Positions 9,813-19,106 of a stretch of DNA of 64,000 nt are shown here, piece by piece (position 1 is the first letter of the stretch; each line of letters opens with the position of its first letter). The stretch spans positions 32,001 to 96,000 of the forward strand of contig CAWAWS010000024.1 of the NCBI GenBank assembly GCA_963785725.1, read 5' to 3'. The notes beneath the pieces are model-generated. The model ran no database searches. It worked only from the letters and a program-made list of their open reading frames with translations, and had not been told where the DNA came from. The DNA is from an uncultured delta proteobacterium (GTDB lineage: Bacteria; Myxococcota_A; Polyangia; Palsa-1104). The position numbers were made by a program, and so were the translations under genes.

Positions 9813-11243
9813 CTACTCTTCGATATCGGTGTCGCTGTCGGACAAGCCGTACTTGCGCAGCTTGCCGTGCAACGTCGCGCGGTTGATGCCGAGCTGACGC
9901 GCGGCGTGGCTGCGATTGCCGCGACTGGCCTCGAGCGCCGAGACGATGAGCCCGCGCTCGTAAGCGTCGATGCGATCTTTGAGCTCGAGCTGGCCGGCGC
10001 CTTCTTTGGCCGCGGCCGTCGCCGCGACGGGCGCGGTCGGCAGCGGGCCGGCTTGGCTGCCCGTCGTCTGCACGGTCGCCGCGTGCGCGTGCGGATTCGC
10101 CGACGGCAAGAGCGACAGGTCGAGCTCGCCTTGCGACAGCGCGACGACGCTCTCGATCGCGTTCTCCAGCTCGCGAACATTGCCCGGCCACGAATATTGC
10201 GTCAGCCGCTCGAGCAAGGGCGGCGTCAGCTTGAACGGCCCGACACCGAAGCGGCGCGAAAACTCGCTCAAGAAGTGCTTGGCCAGCACCGGAATGTCCT
10301 CGAGTCGTTCGCGCAGCGGGGCGATCTGCAGATGCACGACTTTGAGGCGGTAATACAGATCCTCGCGGAACTTGCCTTCGTTCGCGAGCTGCAGGAGATC
10401 GCGATGCGTCGCGGCGATGATGCGCACGTCGACCTTGAAGACGCGATCCTCGCCGACGGGCCGCACTTCGCCCTCTTGCAGCACGCGCAAGAGCTTGGCT
10501 TGCGCGGCCGGCGCCAGCTCGCCGATCTCGTCGAGCAAGATCGTGCCGCCGTCGGCTTCGCGGAACAGGCCCGAGCGCGTCTTGACCGCGCCCGTGAACG
10601 CGCCTTTGGCGTGGCCGAACAGCTCCGCTTCGGCGAGCTCCGCGGTCAGCGCCGCGCAGTTGAAGCGCACGAACGGCTTCTCCGCGCGATGCGACGCCGA
10701 CACCAGCGCCTCGGCCACGCGCTCTTTGCCGGTGCCGCTCTCGCCCGTCAACAGGACGGTCACGTCGCGCGGCGCGATGCGCTGCACCAGCACCGCCAGC
10801 TTGCTCATCGCCGGCGACTGGAAGATCAGCGAGCGCGACAGATGCAGCTCGCCCGACAGGCGCTCGACCTCGGCGCCCAAGCGCACCGCTTCCGTCGCGC
10901 GCCCGACGACCGCCATCAGCTCGGTCACCTCGAACGGCTTCTTGAAGTAGTCGAACGCGCCCGCCTTGATGGCGTCGACGGCGTGGCGCTCCGAGCCGTG
11001 CGCCGTGATCATGATCGTCTTCGGCTTCTTGCCCGGTCGATCGCGAATCGCCGCCAACAGCTCGAGGCCGTTCATGCGCGGCATCTGCAGATCGGTGATC
11101 ACGATGTCGTATTCGCCCGCGTCCAGCTTCTCGAGCCCATCGACGCCATCGACCGCTTCGTCGACCGTCAGCTTGGCGTGCTCGAGGATTCCGCGGAGGG
11201 TGTAACGAACGGCCGAATCATCGTCGACGACGAGTGCGCGCAT
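9813..11243 (-). CDS. NtrC-family sigma-54-dependent response regulator (REC-AAA+-HTH)
   Basis: VVDDD, ITDLQMP, GESGTGKE, GAFTGA, LLDEIGE and a C-terminal Fis-type HTH. Confidence 0.97.
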   Translation of the reverse strand: MRALVVDDDSAVRYTLRGILEHAKLTVDEAVDGVDGLEKLDAGEYDIVITDLQMPRMNGLELLAAIRDRPGKKPKTIMITAHGSERHAVDAIKAGAFDYFKKPFEVTELMAVVGRATEAVRLGAEVERLSGELHLSRSLIFQSPAMSKLAVLVQRIAPRDVTVLLTGESGTGKERVAEALVSASHRAEKPFVRFNCAALTAELAEAELFGHAKGAFTGAVKTRSGLFREADGGTILLDEIGELAPAAQAKLLRVLQEGEVRPVGEDRVFKVDVRIIAATHRDLLQLANEGKFREDLYYRLKVVHLQIAPLRERLEDIPVLAKHFLSEFSRRFGVGPFKLTPPLLERLTQYSWPGNVRELENAIESVVALSQGELDLSLLPSANPHAHAATVQTTGSQAGPLPTAPVAATAAAKEGAGQLELKDRIDAYERGLIVSALEASRGNRSHAARQLGINRATLHGKLRKYGLSDSDTDIEE

Positions 11244-11267
11244 TAGGGATTCATCCGGAGACGCATC

Positions 11268-12551
11268 CTAGCAGAGCTCGCGGCCCGACTGATGCGGACA
11301 CTGCACGAGCAGATCGACGTTCGCCGCCAAGCCGCCGCCTTTGCGATTCTCGAGCGAAATCGTGCCTTGCTGCTGGTCGACGAGCGCGCGGACGATGGTC
11401 AAGCCGAGCCCGCAGCCTTTGTCCTTCGTCGTGACGCCGGGCTGAAACAGCCGCTCGATCGCCTCCGGCGCCACGCCCGGACCGCGGTCGAGCACGCCGA
11501 GCCGCACGCGATCGGAGCTGCGCGACAAGGTCAGCTCGACCGTCCCACCGGCGGGGCTGGCGTCGATCGCGTTCTGCACGAGATTGACGACCACTTGCTT
11601 CAGCTTGCGCGGATCGCAGCGCGCTTCCACCGAGTCGACGGCGCTGGTGTCGAAGCCGATCTGCTTGTCGTTGGCGACGCCTTCGTGCAGGTCGACGACG
11701 TCGAGGATGAGGTGACGCAGATCGACCGTCTCCAAGGCCAGCCGCGACATCGGCCGCGAGAAATTGAGGAAGTGATCGAGCGCGCCATGCAGCCGCTCGA
11801 CCTCTTTTTTCAGCACGGCCAGCCGCTCGGGCACGCGCTCGGGCTCGAGCTCCATCAGCGCCGCCAAGCCCTTGATGCTCGCCAGCGGGTTCTTGAGCTC
11901 GTGCGCCATCTCGGCGGAATACGTCGTCATTTCACGCATGCGCTCGACGTGCGTGTGCAAGAGCTCGTCGCGCGCTTCGTACGAGCGGCGGAAGATGGCG
12001 TCGGTGACGCTGCGAATGCGATGGCCGAGACCGTAGCCGGCGACGATGAGCGTCGACGAGCAGGACGCGAACAACAGCGTGTAGCTGCTGCTGCCGCCGG
12101 CGTTGAAGGCGCGCGGCATGATCCAGCCGCAATGCGCCAGCTGCAGCGCCGCCAACGTCCAGACGAACAGGACGCTCATGATCGTCGAGCCGAGCGCGAA
12201 GCGGCTCTCGAAGTAGACCGGCATGAAGACGGCGACCATCAACATGCCGGGCGCGATCGGGCTGGCGAGACCGCCGCTGATCGTGACCAGCATGATCGCC
12301 GCCACCGAACGCAGCACGACGCGCTTGATGGCCGGCAACCGACCGGCGAGCCAGCTCACCATGATGAAGACGAGGCAGTGCGACAGCGCGGCGATGCGAC
12401 GCCACGGCTCGATCTCGGGACCGAGCATCAGGTACAGCATCAAGACGCCCATCGCGGGCGCGGTCACCGCGGCGTGGGTCCAACGCGGCAGGCGAAAGAT
12501 TTCGCGCATGGCCCCGTCGCGCAGCTCTTGAAGCTCGGTAGAAGCAGCCAT
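11268..12551 (-). CDS. Membrane-bound sensor histidine kinase
   Basis: N-terminal TM helices; H-box AHELKNPL; N-box NLVQNA; DRGPG; GCGLGL. Start could be GTG 12599. Confidence 0.95.
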   Translation of the reverse strand: MAASTELQELRDGAMREIFRLPRWTHAAVTAPAMGVLMLYLMLGPEIEPWRRIAALSHCLVFIMVSWLAGRLPAIKRVVLRSVAAIMLVTISGGLASPIAPGMLMVAVFMPVYFESRFALGSTIMSVLFVWTLAALQLAHCGWIMPRAFNAGGSSSYTLLFASCSSTLIVAGYGLGHRIRSVTDAIFRRSYEARDELLHTHVERMREMTTYSAEMAHELKNPLASIKGLAALMELEPERVPERLAVLKKEVERLHGALDHFLNFSRPMSRLALETVDLRHLILDVVDLHEGVANDKQIGFDTSAVDSVEARCDPRKLKQVVVNLVQNAIDASPAGGTVELTLSRSSDRVRLGVLDRGPGVAPEAIERLFQPGVTTKDKGCGLGLTIVRALVDQQQGTISLENRKGGGLAANVDLLVQCPHQSGRELC

Positions 12552-12611
12552 CGTCGGCGCTCCCAGTGTACCCAAACCGTGCTGTGCTTGTCGAACCACG
12601 GCCGCTGCTAC

Positions 12612-12627
12612 AGCAAGGGCGATACCA
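12612..12627 (-). promoter_or_regulatory. Putative sigma-54 promoter of the HK-NtrC operon
   Basis: Minus strand TGGTATCGCCCTTGCT (GG-N10-GC); AT-rich tract at 12640-12675 upstream could be an IHF site. Confidence 0.65.
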
Positions 12628-12719
12628 GCTGCAAGTGTCGATTAAGATTACGAAACAAAAGTCAGTGTTGGGTTTCGAACAGCGGAAAAGAGCGCGCAGT
12701 GCTCAAAAGCGCGACACTA

Positions 12720-12896
12720 TTATGTGGGTGGCGCTAGGCGCGGCGCCGGCCGTCGCCGTTTGCCGGCGAGGCTGAAGACGAGCGCCAAAGCACCGGGCGT
12801 GACGTAGACGCTGCGCGCCCAGGCGTAGATGCCGAGGTCGCCCGCGGCGGCGCCGATGCGAAAAAGCTCGCTATAGAACTGGCTCACGAAGTCCAT
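12720..12896 (-). CDS. Putative small membrane protein (58 aa)
   Basis: MDFVSQFYSELFRIG...VYVTPGALALVFSLAGKRRR: hydrophobic segment followed by a basic stop-transfer; directly downstream of a near-consensus sigma-54 motif. Confidence 0.5.
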   Translation of the reverse strand: MDFVSQFYSELFRIGAAAGDLGIYAWARSVYVTPGALALVFSLAGKRRRPAPRLAPPT

Positions 12897-12917
12897 CCGT
12901 TTTCCGTTCGCGCGCAA

Positions 12918-12933
12918 AGCAACGCGCGTGCCG
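12918..12933 (-). promoter_or_regulatory. Putative sigma-54 promoter
   Basis: Minus strand CGGCACGCGCGTTGCT, near-perfect consensus. Confidence 0.7.
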
Positions 12934-13160
12934 GACGCGCGCGGTGCCGCTGGGCGGACACGCGCACGCCCGCGCACCGGCAGAGCCCAGCGACGGCACG
13001 CGCGTGCCCTAACTCGGTGCACGACCAGGCGTTGCGGCGACGTGACCGAAGTTGCCCACCGTCGCGGTTTTGACCGTTGCGTCGGGTTTTTCACCAGCAT
13101 TCGACAACGGCCGTCACCGCGAGCGAACCCGTTTTCCGCGGCCGCAGACGCTTTTGCGCT

Positions 13161-13176
13161 GGGCACGCGGCTTGCG
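13161..13176 (+). promoter_or_regulatory. Putative sigma-54 promoter of the glycosyltransferase gene
   Basis: GGGCACGCGGCTTGCG (GG-N10-GC), 40 nt before ATG 13216 with a GAGGAG RBS. Confidence 0.7.
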
Positions 13177-13215
13177 ATGACAGTCGGTGAACCCGCGAAA
13201 CTCGAGGAGCTGTTG

Positions 13216-14580
13216 ATGCGCCTTTTGTCTGGAGTGATCTTGACCCTGTCGGCGATTGCCTTCGCTTACGCGGTCGATCCGTCCTTGTTCGCGCAGCTGC
13301 CCGTGCCGACGGCGGGTGGCTGGCTGCTGGGCGCGGGCGTCGTGCTGTTGGGGCTCGTGTGGCGCTGGCACAGCATGATGTTGCGCGCCGTCGCGCCGTA
13401 CACCGGCGAGGCCGCGCATGCGTCGCGCTATCCGTCGGTCACGGTCATCCGCCCGGTGCGCGGCAAGGACGTGGGCGCGGAGGACAACTTCCGCGCCGCG
13501 CTCGACACCGGCTATCCGGGCGAGGTCGAGACGCTGTTCGTGTTCGACGACGAGAACGACCCCGGCCTGCCGCTCGCGCGGGAAGTGGTGGCCGCGCACA
13601 TGGCCTCGGGCCGCGCCGGCACGGCCGGCGTCATCGTCGCCGGCGCACCGCCGGCCGGCTTCACCGGCAAGCTCAACGCGATGATCGCCGGCGAGCGCCG
13701 CGCCAAGAACGAGCTGATCGCGTTCGGCGACTCCGACACGCGCCCGGACAAGAAGGTGCTGCGCGGCGTCGTCGATGCGCTGTTGTCGCGGCCGCGCGCC
13801 GGCTCGGCGTTCGCGCCCGTCCTCGTCTACCAGCCGGCGCAGTTCGCCGGCGACGCGCTCTACGCCTTCATGCAGAACTCGATGTACTCGCCGTTGGCCG
13901 CGCATGCGTCGGGCCCGTCGCGCACGCTGCCGTTCATCATGGGTCAGCTGATGGTCTTCCGTCGCCAGGCGCTGGCTTCGATCGGCGGCGTGAGCGCGGC
14001 CAAGGGTCAGCTCGTCGACGACATGGCCATCGGTCGCGCGCTGCACGAAGCCGGCTGGGAGAACGTCATGAGCCGCAACCCGCTGCACATCGCCACCGGC
14101 GGCATGACCTTGCGCGAGTTCATCCCCATTTACCGTCGCTGGATGAGCTTCTCGAAGAATGGCCTGCCGCTGTCGTTCACGTGGCGTCAGTGGCTCGTCG
14201 GCGCGTCGTTCTTCGTCGCGCTGTTCCTGTCGCTGGGCGCGCTGGCGGTGGGCGGGGTGCGGGCGGCCGTGCCGTCGCTGGCGGCGCTGTTCCTCGTCGG
14301 CGACTCGCTCTTGCTCTTGCACAAGCGCTATGGCGGCTCGCCGATTCCGCTGCGTTTGGCGTGGGCGGCGTGGGGCGTCTTCCTCATCTCTCCCTATGTG
14401 CTGGCGACCAACCTCCTCAAGCGGAAGGTCGAATGGCGCGGGCGCAGCTACGAGCTGGCGCAGGGTGACGCGCTGGCGGCGATTCCGGCGCCGATGCACG
14501 CCGAGCCCGACCTTCTCGACCACGACGCCGACGAGCATTGGCCCGCCGAGCGCCCCGCTCCGCAGCACTTGATCGCCTAA
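13216..14580 (+). CDS. GT2/GT21 glycosyltransferase, ceramide glucosyltransferase / HpnI-like
   Basis: PSVTVIRPVRG, GKLNAM, FGDSD (DxD), LVDDMAIG, YRRW (Q/RxxRW), VEWRGRSY; TM helices at both ends. Confidence 0.85.
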   Translation: MRLLSGVILTLSAIAFAYAVDPSLFAQLPVPTAGGWLLGAGVVLLGLVWRWHSMMLRAVAPYTGEAAHASRYPSVTVIRPVRGKDVGAEDNFRAALDTGYPGEVETLFVFDDENDPGLPLAREVVAAHMASGRAGTAGVIVAGAPPAGFTGKLNAMIAGERRAKNELIAFGDSDTRPDKKVLRGVVDALLSRPRAGSAFAPVLVYQPAQFAGDALYAFMQNSMYSPLAAHASGPSRTLPFIMGQLMVFRRQALASIGGVSAAKGQLVDDMAIGRALHEAGWENVMSRNPLHIATGGMTLREFIPIYRRWMSFSKNGLPLSFTWRQWLVGASFFVALFLSLGALAVGGVRAAVPSLAALFLVGDSLLLLHKRYGGSPIPLRLAWAAWGVFLISPYVLATNLLKRKVEWRGRSYELAQGDALAAIPAPMHAEPDLLDHDADEHWPAERPAPQHLIA

Positions 14581-14607
14581 CCGCCACGTCGCTCTCGAGG
14601 TATCCCC

Positions 14608-15207
14608 ATGCGTCCTCTCATGCTCATCGTCTCGATGCTCGTGTCACAGGCCGGCCCGCGCTATCAGCACGTCGGCGGCAACCATGCGGTCGAAGTCTTT
14701 CGGCAGATGGAGTCGCCGACGATCGACCTCGTGGCCGAAGGTGACATCGACGCGCCGCCGGCGCTGATTCGCAGCATTTTGCTCGACTATCCGAACGCGC
14801 ACGCGCTCAGCGATCACGTGACCGAGAGCCGCGTCCTGACGACGGGCGCGCACGAGATCATGGTCTATCAGCGGCTGAAGCTGCCGGTGGTGAGCGACCG
14901 CGACTTCACGCTGCGCGCCTTGTGGGGCGCGCGCGGCGCCAACCTGTGGACGCGCTTCACCATCGACAACAGCCACGGTCCGGCGGCGCGCGACGGCATC
15001 GTCCGCTTGACCAACATGACCGGCGGCTGGGACTTGCAGCCGATTCGCGGCGGCGCGGCCACCCACGCCGTCTACCGCGTGCAGATGGACATGGCCGGCT
15101 CGATCCCGAAGTGGATGGTCTCGGGCGGCGCCGCCAAGGATCTGCCCAAGCTGTTCGACGGCATCCGCCGCGAGGTCGTCCGCCGCTCCGTCACCGCCAG
15201 CAATTGA
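14608..15207 (+). CDS. START/SRPBCC lipid-binding domain protein
   Basis: VYQRLKLPVVSDRDFTL, GGWDLQP, DMAGSIPKWMV are START-domain motifs; short N-terminal signal-like segment. Confidence 0.85.
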   Translation: MRPLMLIVSMLVSQAGPRYQHVGGNHAVEVFRQMESPTIDLVAEGDIDAPPALIRSILLDYPNAHALSDHVTESRVLTTGAHEIMVYQRLKLPVVSDRDFTLRALWGARGANLWTRFTIDNSHGPAARDGIVRLTNMTGGWDLQPIRGGAATHAVYRVQMDMAGSIPKWMVSGGAAKDLPKLFDGIRREVVRRSVTASN

Positions 15208-15242
15208 CGCCCACGCGCCGCTCCATTTCGCGTCTTCCCAAG

Positions 15243-15260
15243 CTGTCAGCTCTGTGTCAG
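15243..15260 (+). promoter_or_regulatory. Imperfect palindrome CTGTCA-N6-TGTCAG upstream of the WYL regulator
   Basis: One mismatch from the perfect site at 15907-15924. Confidence 0.6.
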
Positions 15261-15270
15261 CAATGAGCAT

Positions 15271-15900
15271 ATGCGCCGCCGCGAGCGACTGTTCGCCATC
15301 ACCGAGCACTTGCGCGGCCGCCGCAGCGGCGTGACGGCCGAGACGCTGGCGGCGCGCTTCAACGTCACCGTGCGCACGATCTATCGCGACCTCGACAGCT
15401 TGCGCGACGCGGAGCTGCCGGTGAAGGCCGAGCGCGGCGCCGGCGGCGGTTACGCGCTCGATCGCGCCTACACGCTGCCGCCGGTGAACTTCACGCCGCG
15501 CGAGGCGGCGCTGCTGGTCGCGCTCGGTCGTTGGGCGGCGGAGCTGCGCATCCTGCCGTTCGTCGAGACGCTGGCCGGCGCGCTCGACAAAGTGCGCGGC
15601 GCGCTGGGCGCATCGGCGCAGCGCGAGCTCGTCGAGCACATCGACTCCATTCAGTTCGTCGGCGTGCCGGCGCTGGGCGCGTCGCCGGCGATTCGCGCGG
15701 CCATCGAGTCGGCGTGGTTCGAGCGGCAGCCGATCCGCATTCGTTATCGCGGCGCCGACGACATCGTGTCGACACGCGTCGTACGGCTGGTGACGGTGGT
15801 GATGGAGCGCAGCCTCACCCTCCTCAACTGCGACGATCTCGACAAGGGTGAGCGACGGCAGTTTCGGCTCGATCGCATCCTGGACGCCCAGCTCGTCTGA
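15271..15900 (+). CDS. YafY-family HTH_11-WYL transcriptional regulator
   Basis: MRRRERLFAI...LAARFNVTVRTIYRDL, GAGGGY, LPPVNFT, C-terminal RQFRLDRI. Confidence 0.92.
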   Translation: MRRRERLFAITEHLRGRRSGVTAETLAARFNVTVRTIYRDLDSLRDAELPVKAERGAGGGYALDRAYTLPPVNFTPREAALLVALGRWAAELRILPFVETLAGALDKVRGALGASAQRELVEHIDSIQFVGVPALGASPAIRAAIESAWFERQPIRIRYRGADDIVSTRVVRLVTVVMERSLTLLNCDDLDKGERRQFRLDRILDAQLV

Positions 15901-15906
15901 TCTTTA

Positions 15907-15924
15907 CTGACACAAGGCTGTCAG
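15907..15924 (+). promoter_or_regulatory. Perfect palindrome CTGACA-N6-TGTCAG upstream of the EVE gene (likely WYL regulator site)
   Basis: CTGACACAAGGCTGTCAG, 25 nt before ATG 15949. Confidence 0.7.
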
Positions 15925-15948
15925 GAGCGCGCGCGTACGCTGTTCGAC

Positions 15949-16401
15949 ATGGAGAACCATTGGCTCGGGGTGGTGTCGCGGGCGCACGTGGAGCGCGGCG
16001 TGGCGGGCGGATTCGCGCAGCTGTGTCATGGCCGCGCGGCGCCGCTCGAGCGGATGCGGGCGGGCGATTGGCTCGTCTACTATTCGGCGACGGCGGAGAT
16101 GGGCGGCGGCGAGCGAGTGCAGGCGTTCACGGCGCTCGGCCAGCTCGTCGACGATCGCATCTACGAGGTCGACTTGGGCGATTGGCGCGCCCATCGTCGC
16201 GACGTGCGCTACGAGCCGGTCGGGCAGGTGGCGCTGGCGGAGCTGGCGCCGCAACTCCATCTGACGGCGCGGCCGCACTGGGGTTTCGCGCTGCGTCGTG
16301 GCCATCTGCCGCTCGACGCGCACGATTTCGCGATCGTCGCGCAGGCGCTGCGGCAAGCCCCGCGCCGCCGTGATACGCTCGCCGCCGCCGTCGTCCGCTG
16401 A
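15949..16401 (+). CDS. EVE domain protein (UPF0310-like, PUA superfamily)
   Basis: WLGVVSRAHV..G...GFAQLCHGRAAPLERMRAGDWLVYYS, QAFTALG, WGFALRRG, DFAIVA. Confidence 0.9.
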   Translation: MENHWLGVVSRAHVERGVAGGFAQLCHGRAAPLERMRAGDWLVYYSATAEMGGGERVQAFTALGQLVDDRIYEVDLGDWRAHRRDVRYEPVGQVALAELAPQLHLTARPHWGFALRRGHLPLDAHDFAIVAQALRQAPRRRDTLAAAVVR

Positions 16402-16444
16402 CCCCAATGATAGGCGTTGCGGCACGTATGGCGCGGAGGTCCCG

Positions 16445-17386
16445 ATGATGCGCGCTTCTTCGGTAGCGACGATTTTGGGTGCGGTGGGCTTGATTGCGAC
16501 GGGCTGTAGCGGGCACTCCGGGCTGTCGGGCACGGGCGACGGCGGCAGCGGCGGCGGCGGCGGGACGACCACCGACAGCGCGACGTTCACGATGACGCCG
16601 TTCTCGGTCGCGGCCGGCCAAGAGCTGTACTACTGTCAGACGTTCGCCAATCCCTTCGGCGCCGACGTCGAGATTTCGAGCTTCGAGTCGCACATGACGA
16701 CGGGCTCGCATCATATGTTGCTGCTGTTTCAGGACGGCGCGACGGACGGGACGCTCACGCCGTGCAGCGGGTTGACGTTCGGGCCCATGCCGTACGGGAC
16801 GCAGCAGCCGGATGGCGAGATTACCTATCCGTCGGGGATCGCGGCGCTGGTGAAGTCGACGCAAGGCTTCAACTTGGTCGTGCACTACTTGAACGCGACG
16901 ATGGCCGACATCCCGTCGACCACGGTCACGGTGACGCTGCACAAGGCGACGCCGGGAACGGTGCAGCAGCACGCGGGCGTGTTCTTCTTCGACAACATCA
17001 GCGCGCTCACGCCGTCGCTCGGCGGCGGCATCCCGCCGAACACGACGAAGACGATCACCGCCAGCTACACGACGACGCAGGACATGAATGTCATTTACGC
17101 GGTGTCGCACATGCATCAGAAGTCGCTCAATCTGACGGCGACCTACGGGACGGCGGCGACGATGCTGTACACGACCGATTCGTGGGACTCGCCGCCGTTG
17201 CAAGCCTATACGCCGCCGGTGACGCTGCCGTCGGGGACGACGATCAACTGGGCGTGCACGATCGACAACGATTCGTCGACGGAGCTGACGTTCGGCGAGT
17301 CGGCGCTGACGAACGAGATGTGCATCTTCAACGGGCAATATTGGCCCGCGCCCGACGACAGCCCGACGATCAACATCATGCGCTGA
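16445..17386 (+). CDS. Lipoprotein, copper type II (PHM/DBH-like) monooxygenase-like
   Basis: Lipobox IATGC; YYC, SHH, VHYLN (CuH-type His ligands), SHMH and EMC (CuM-type ligands). Confidence 0.8.
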   Translation: MMRASSVATILGAVGLIATGCSGHSGLSGTGDGGSGGGGGTTTDSATFTMTPFSVAAGQELYYCQTFANPFGADVEISSFESHMTTGSHHMLLLFQDGATDGTLTPCSGLTFGPMPYGTQQPDGEITYPSGIAALVKSTQGFNLVVHYLNATMADIPSTTVTVTLHKATPGTVQQHAGVFFFDNISALTPSLGGGIPPNTTKTITASYTTTQDMNVIYAVSHMHQKSLNLTATYGTAATMLYTTDSWDSPPLQAYTPPVTLPSGTTINWACTIDNDSSTELTFGESALTNEMCIFNGQYWPAPDDSPTINIMR

Positions 17387-17410
17387 CGGCGTTCGCGCGC
17401 GCGCTCGTGT

Positions 17411-19045
17411 ATGCTCGGGCGAATGCGCGCGCGCGGCTTGGTCGTCGTCGCCGGGGTCCTCGTCACCGGCTGCAGCCGCTCGCCGACGTTCACGCACGAC
17501 ATCGCGCCCATCCTGCACAGCCGCTGCGCGCCCTGCCATCACACGGGCGGCGCCGGGCCATTCCCGCTCGTCACCTACGCCGACGCCAAGCCGCGCGCGC
17601 GGCAGATCGAGCGCGTGACGGCGCGCGGCTACATGCCGCCGTGGAAAGCGGCGCCGACGGTGCATTACGCGAACGAGCGCATCCTCGACGCCGGTGAGCG
17701 CGCGCTCCTGCAGCGCTGGGCGACGGCGGGCGCGCCGCGCGGCGACGGGCCCGAGCCGACCGCGCCCGATTTCCGCGACGGCTGGCAGCTGGGCACGCCG
17801 GACGCCGTCGTCAAGCTGCCGCCGTACACGCTCGCCGCCGACGGGCCCGACGTCTATCGCAACTTCGTGCTGCCGTCGCCGCTGCCGGGCACGCGCTACA
17901 TCGCCGCCTGGGAATTTCGCCCCGACACGCGCGCCATCCATCACGCGATCTTGAACCTCGACGCGACCGGCTGGGCGCGCAAACGCGACGCGCTCGACGC
18001 CGCGCCCGGCTTCGACGGCATGGACCCCGGCGACATCCAAGCGCCCGACGGCTTCTACCTCGTGTGGACGCCGGGCCAAGCGCCGACGCCGCCCGATCCG
18101 CACGCGGCCTGGCCGCTCGACGCGCGCACCGACCTCGTGCTGCAGCTGCACCTGCGACCGACGGGAAAGCCGGAGGTCATCGCGCCGACGATCGCGCTCT
18201 ATCTCGCGCCCACGCCGCCGACGCAGGCGCGCGTCACCTTGCGCATCGGCGACGTGCCCATCGATCTGGCGCCGGGCGTGCGCGACTACAAGATCCACGA
18301 TCAGTGGACGCTGCCGGTCGCCGTCGAGCTGGTGTCGCTGTTCCCGCACGCGCATTACCTGGCGCAGCACATGCGCGTCTGGGCGCGATTTCCCGACGGA
18401 CACGAGCAGCCGCTGCTGACGATCGACGACTGGGATCCGGCGTGGCAAGACGAATACGTGTTGGCCGAGCCGCTGGCGTTGCCGCGCGGCAGCACGGTGG
18501 CGATGGAGTTCACGTACGACAACTCGGCCGCCAATCCGCGCAATCCCAATCGGCCGCCGGCGCGCGTCGTCACCGGCGAGCGCACGATCGACGAGATGGG
18601 CAACGTGACGCTGGTGGCGCGCGTGGCGTCGACGGCGGACAAGCTGCAGCTGCGCGAGGCCAAGTTTCGCCGGCAGCTGGCGGCGGGCGCCGGCGCGAAG
18701 GCGCGCTACAACCTCGGCAACACGCTCATGGCCGAGGGGCGCGCCAAAGAGGCGATCGAGGAGTTTCGGCGCGCGCTCACGCTCGATGGCGACTTGATGG
18801 CCGCGCAGGTCAACTTGGGCGCGGCGCTGCTCACGGTCGGCGACGTCGAGGGTGCGCGCGCGCAGCTCGACGCGGCGGCGCGGCGCTGGCCGGAGTCGGC
18901 GACGGCGCACGCCAACTTGGGCCGGGCGCTCGTCGCCGCCGGGCAGCGCGACGCAGCCGTGGCCGAGCTGCAGCGCGCGCTGGCGCTCGATCCCAATTTC
19001 GCGCCCGCCCGCGCCACGCTCGAAGCCCTACTCCGCCAGCGGTAA
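17411..19045 (+). CDS. Lipoprotein: c-type heme domain + PHM-like copper monooxygenase + TPR repeats
   Basis: Lipobox LVTGC; CAPCH heme motif with MPPW distal Met; IHHA, LHL, PHAHYL, DEMG; C-terminal TPRs. Start may be 17423. Confidence 0.85.
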   Translation: MLGRMRARGLVVVAGVLVTGCSRSPTFTHDIAPILHSRCAPCHHTGGAGPFPLVTYADAKPRARQIERVTARGYMPPWKAAPTVHYANERILDAGERALLQRWATAGAPRGDGPEPTAPDFRDGWQLGTPDAVVKLPPYTLAADGPDVYRNFVLPSPLPGTRYIAAWEFRPDTRAIHHAILNLDATGWARKRDALDAAPGFDGMDPGDIQAPDGFYLVWTPGQAPTPPDPHAAWPLDARTDLVLQLHLRPTGKPEVIAPTIALYLAPTPPTQARVTLRIGDVPIDLAPGVRDYKIHDQWTLPVAVELVSLFPHAHYLAQHMRVWARFPDGHEQPLLTIDDWDPAWQDEYVLAEPLALPRGSTVAMEFTYDNSAANPRNPNRPPARVVTGERTIDEMGNVTLVARVASTADKLQLREAKFRRQLAAGAGAKARYNLGNTLMAEGRAKEAIEEFRRALTLDGDLMAAQVNLGAALLTVGDVEGARAQLDAAARRWPESATAHANLGRALVAAGQRDAAVAELQRALALDPNFAPARATLEALLRQR

Positions 19046-19106
19046 ACGCGGCCCGCGTCGCGCTCGAGAATTTGCCCGCCAATTGCGCGTCTACAAACGC
19101 GGCCGT

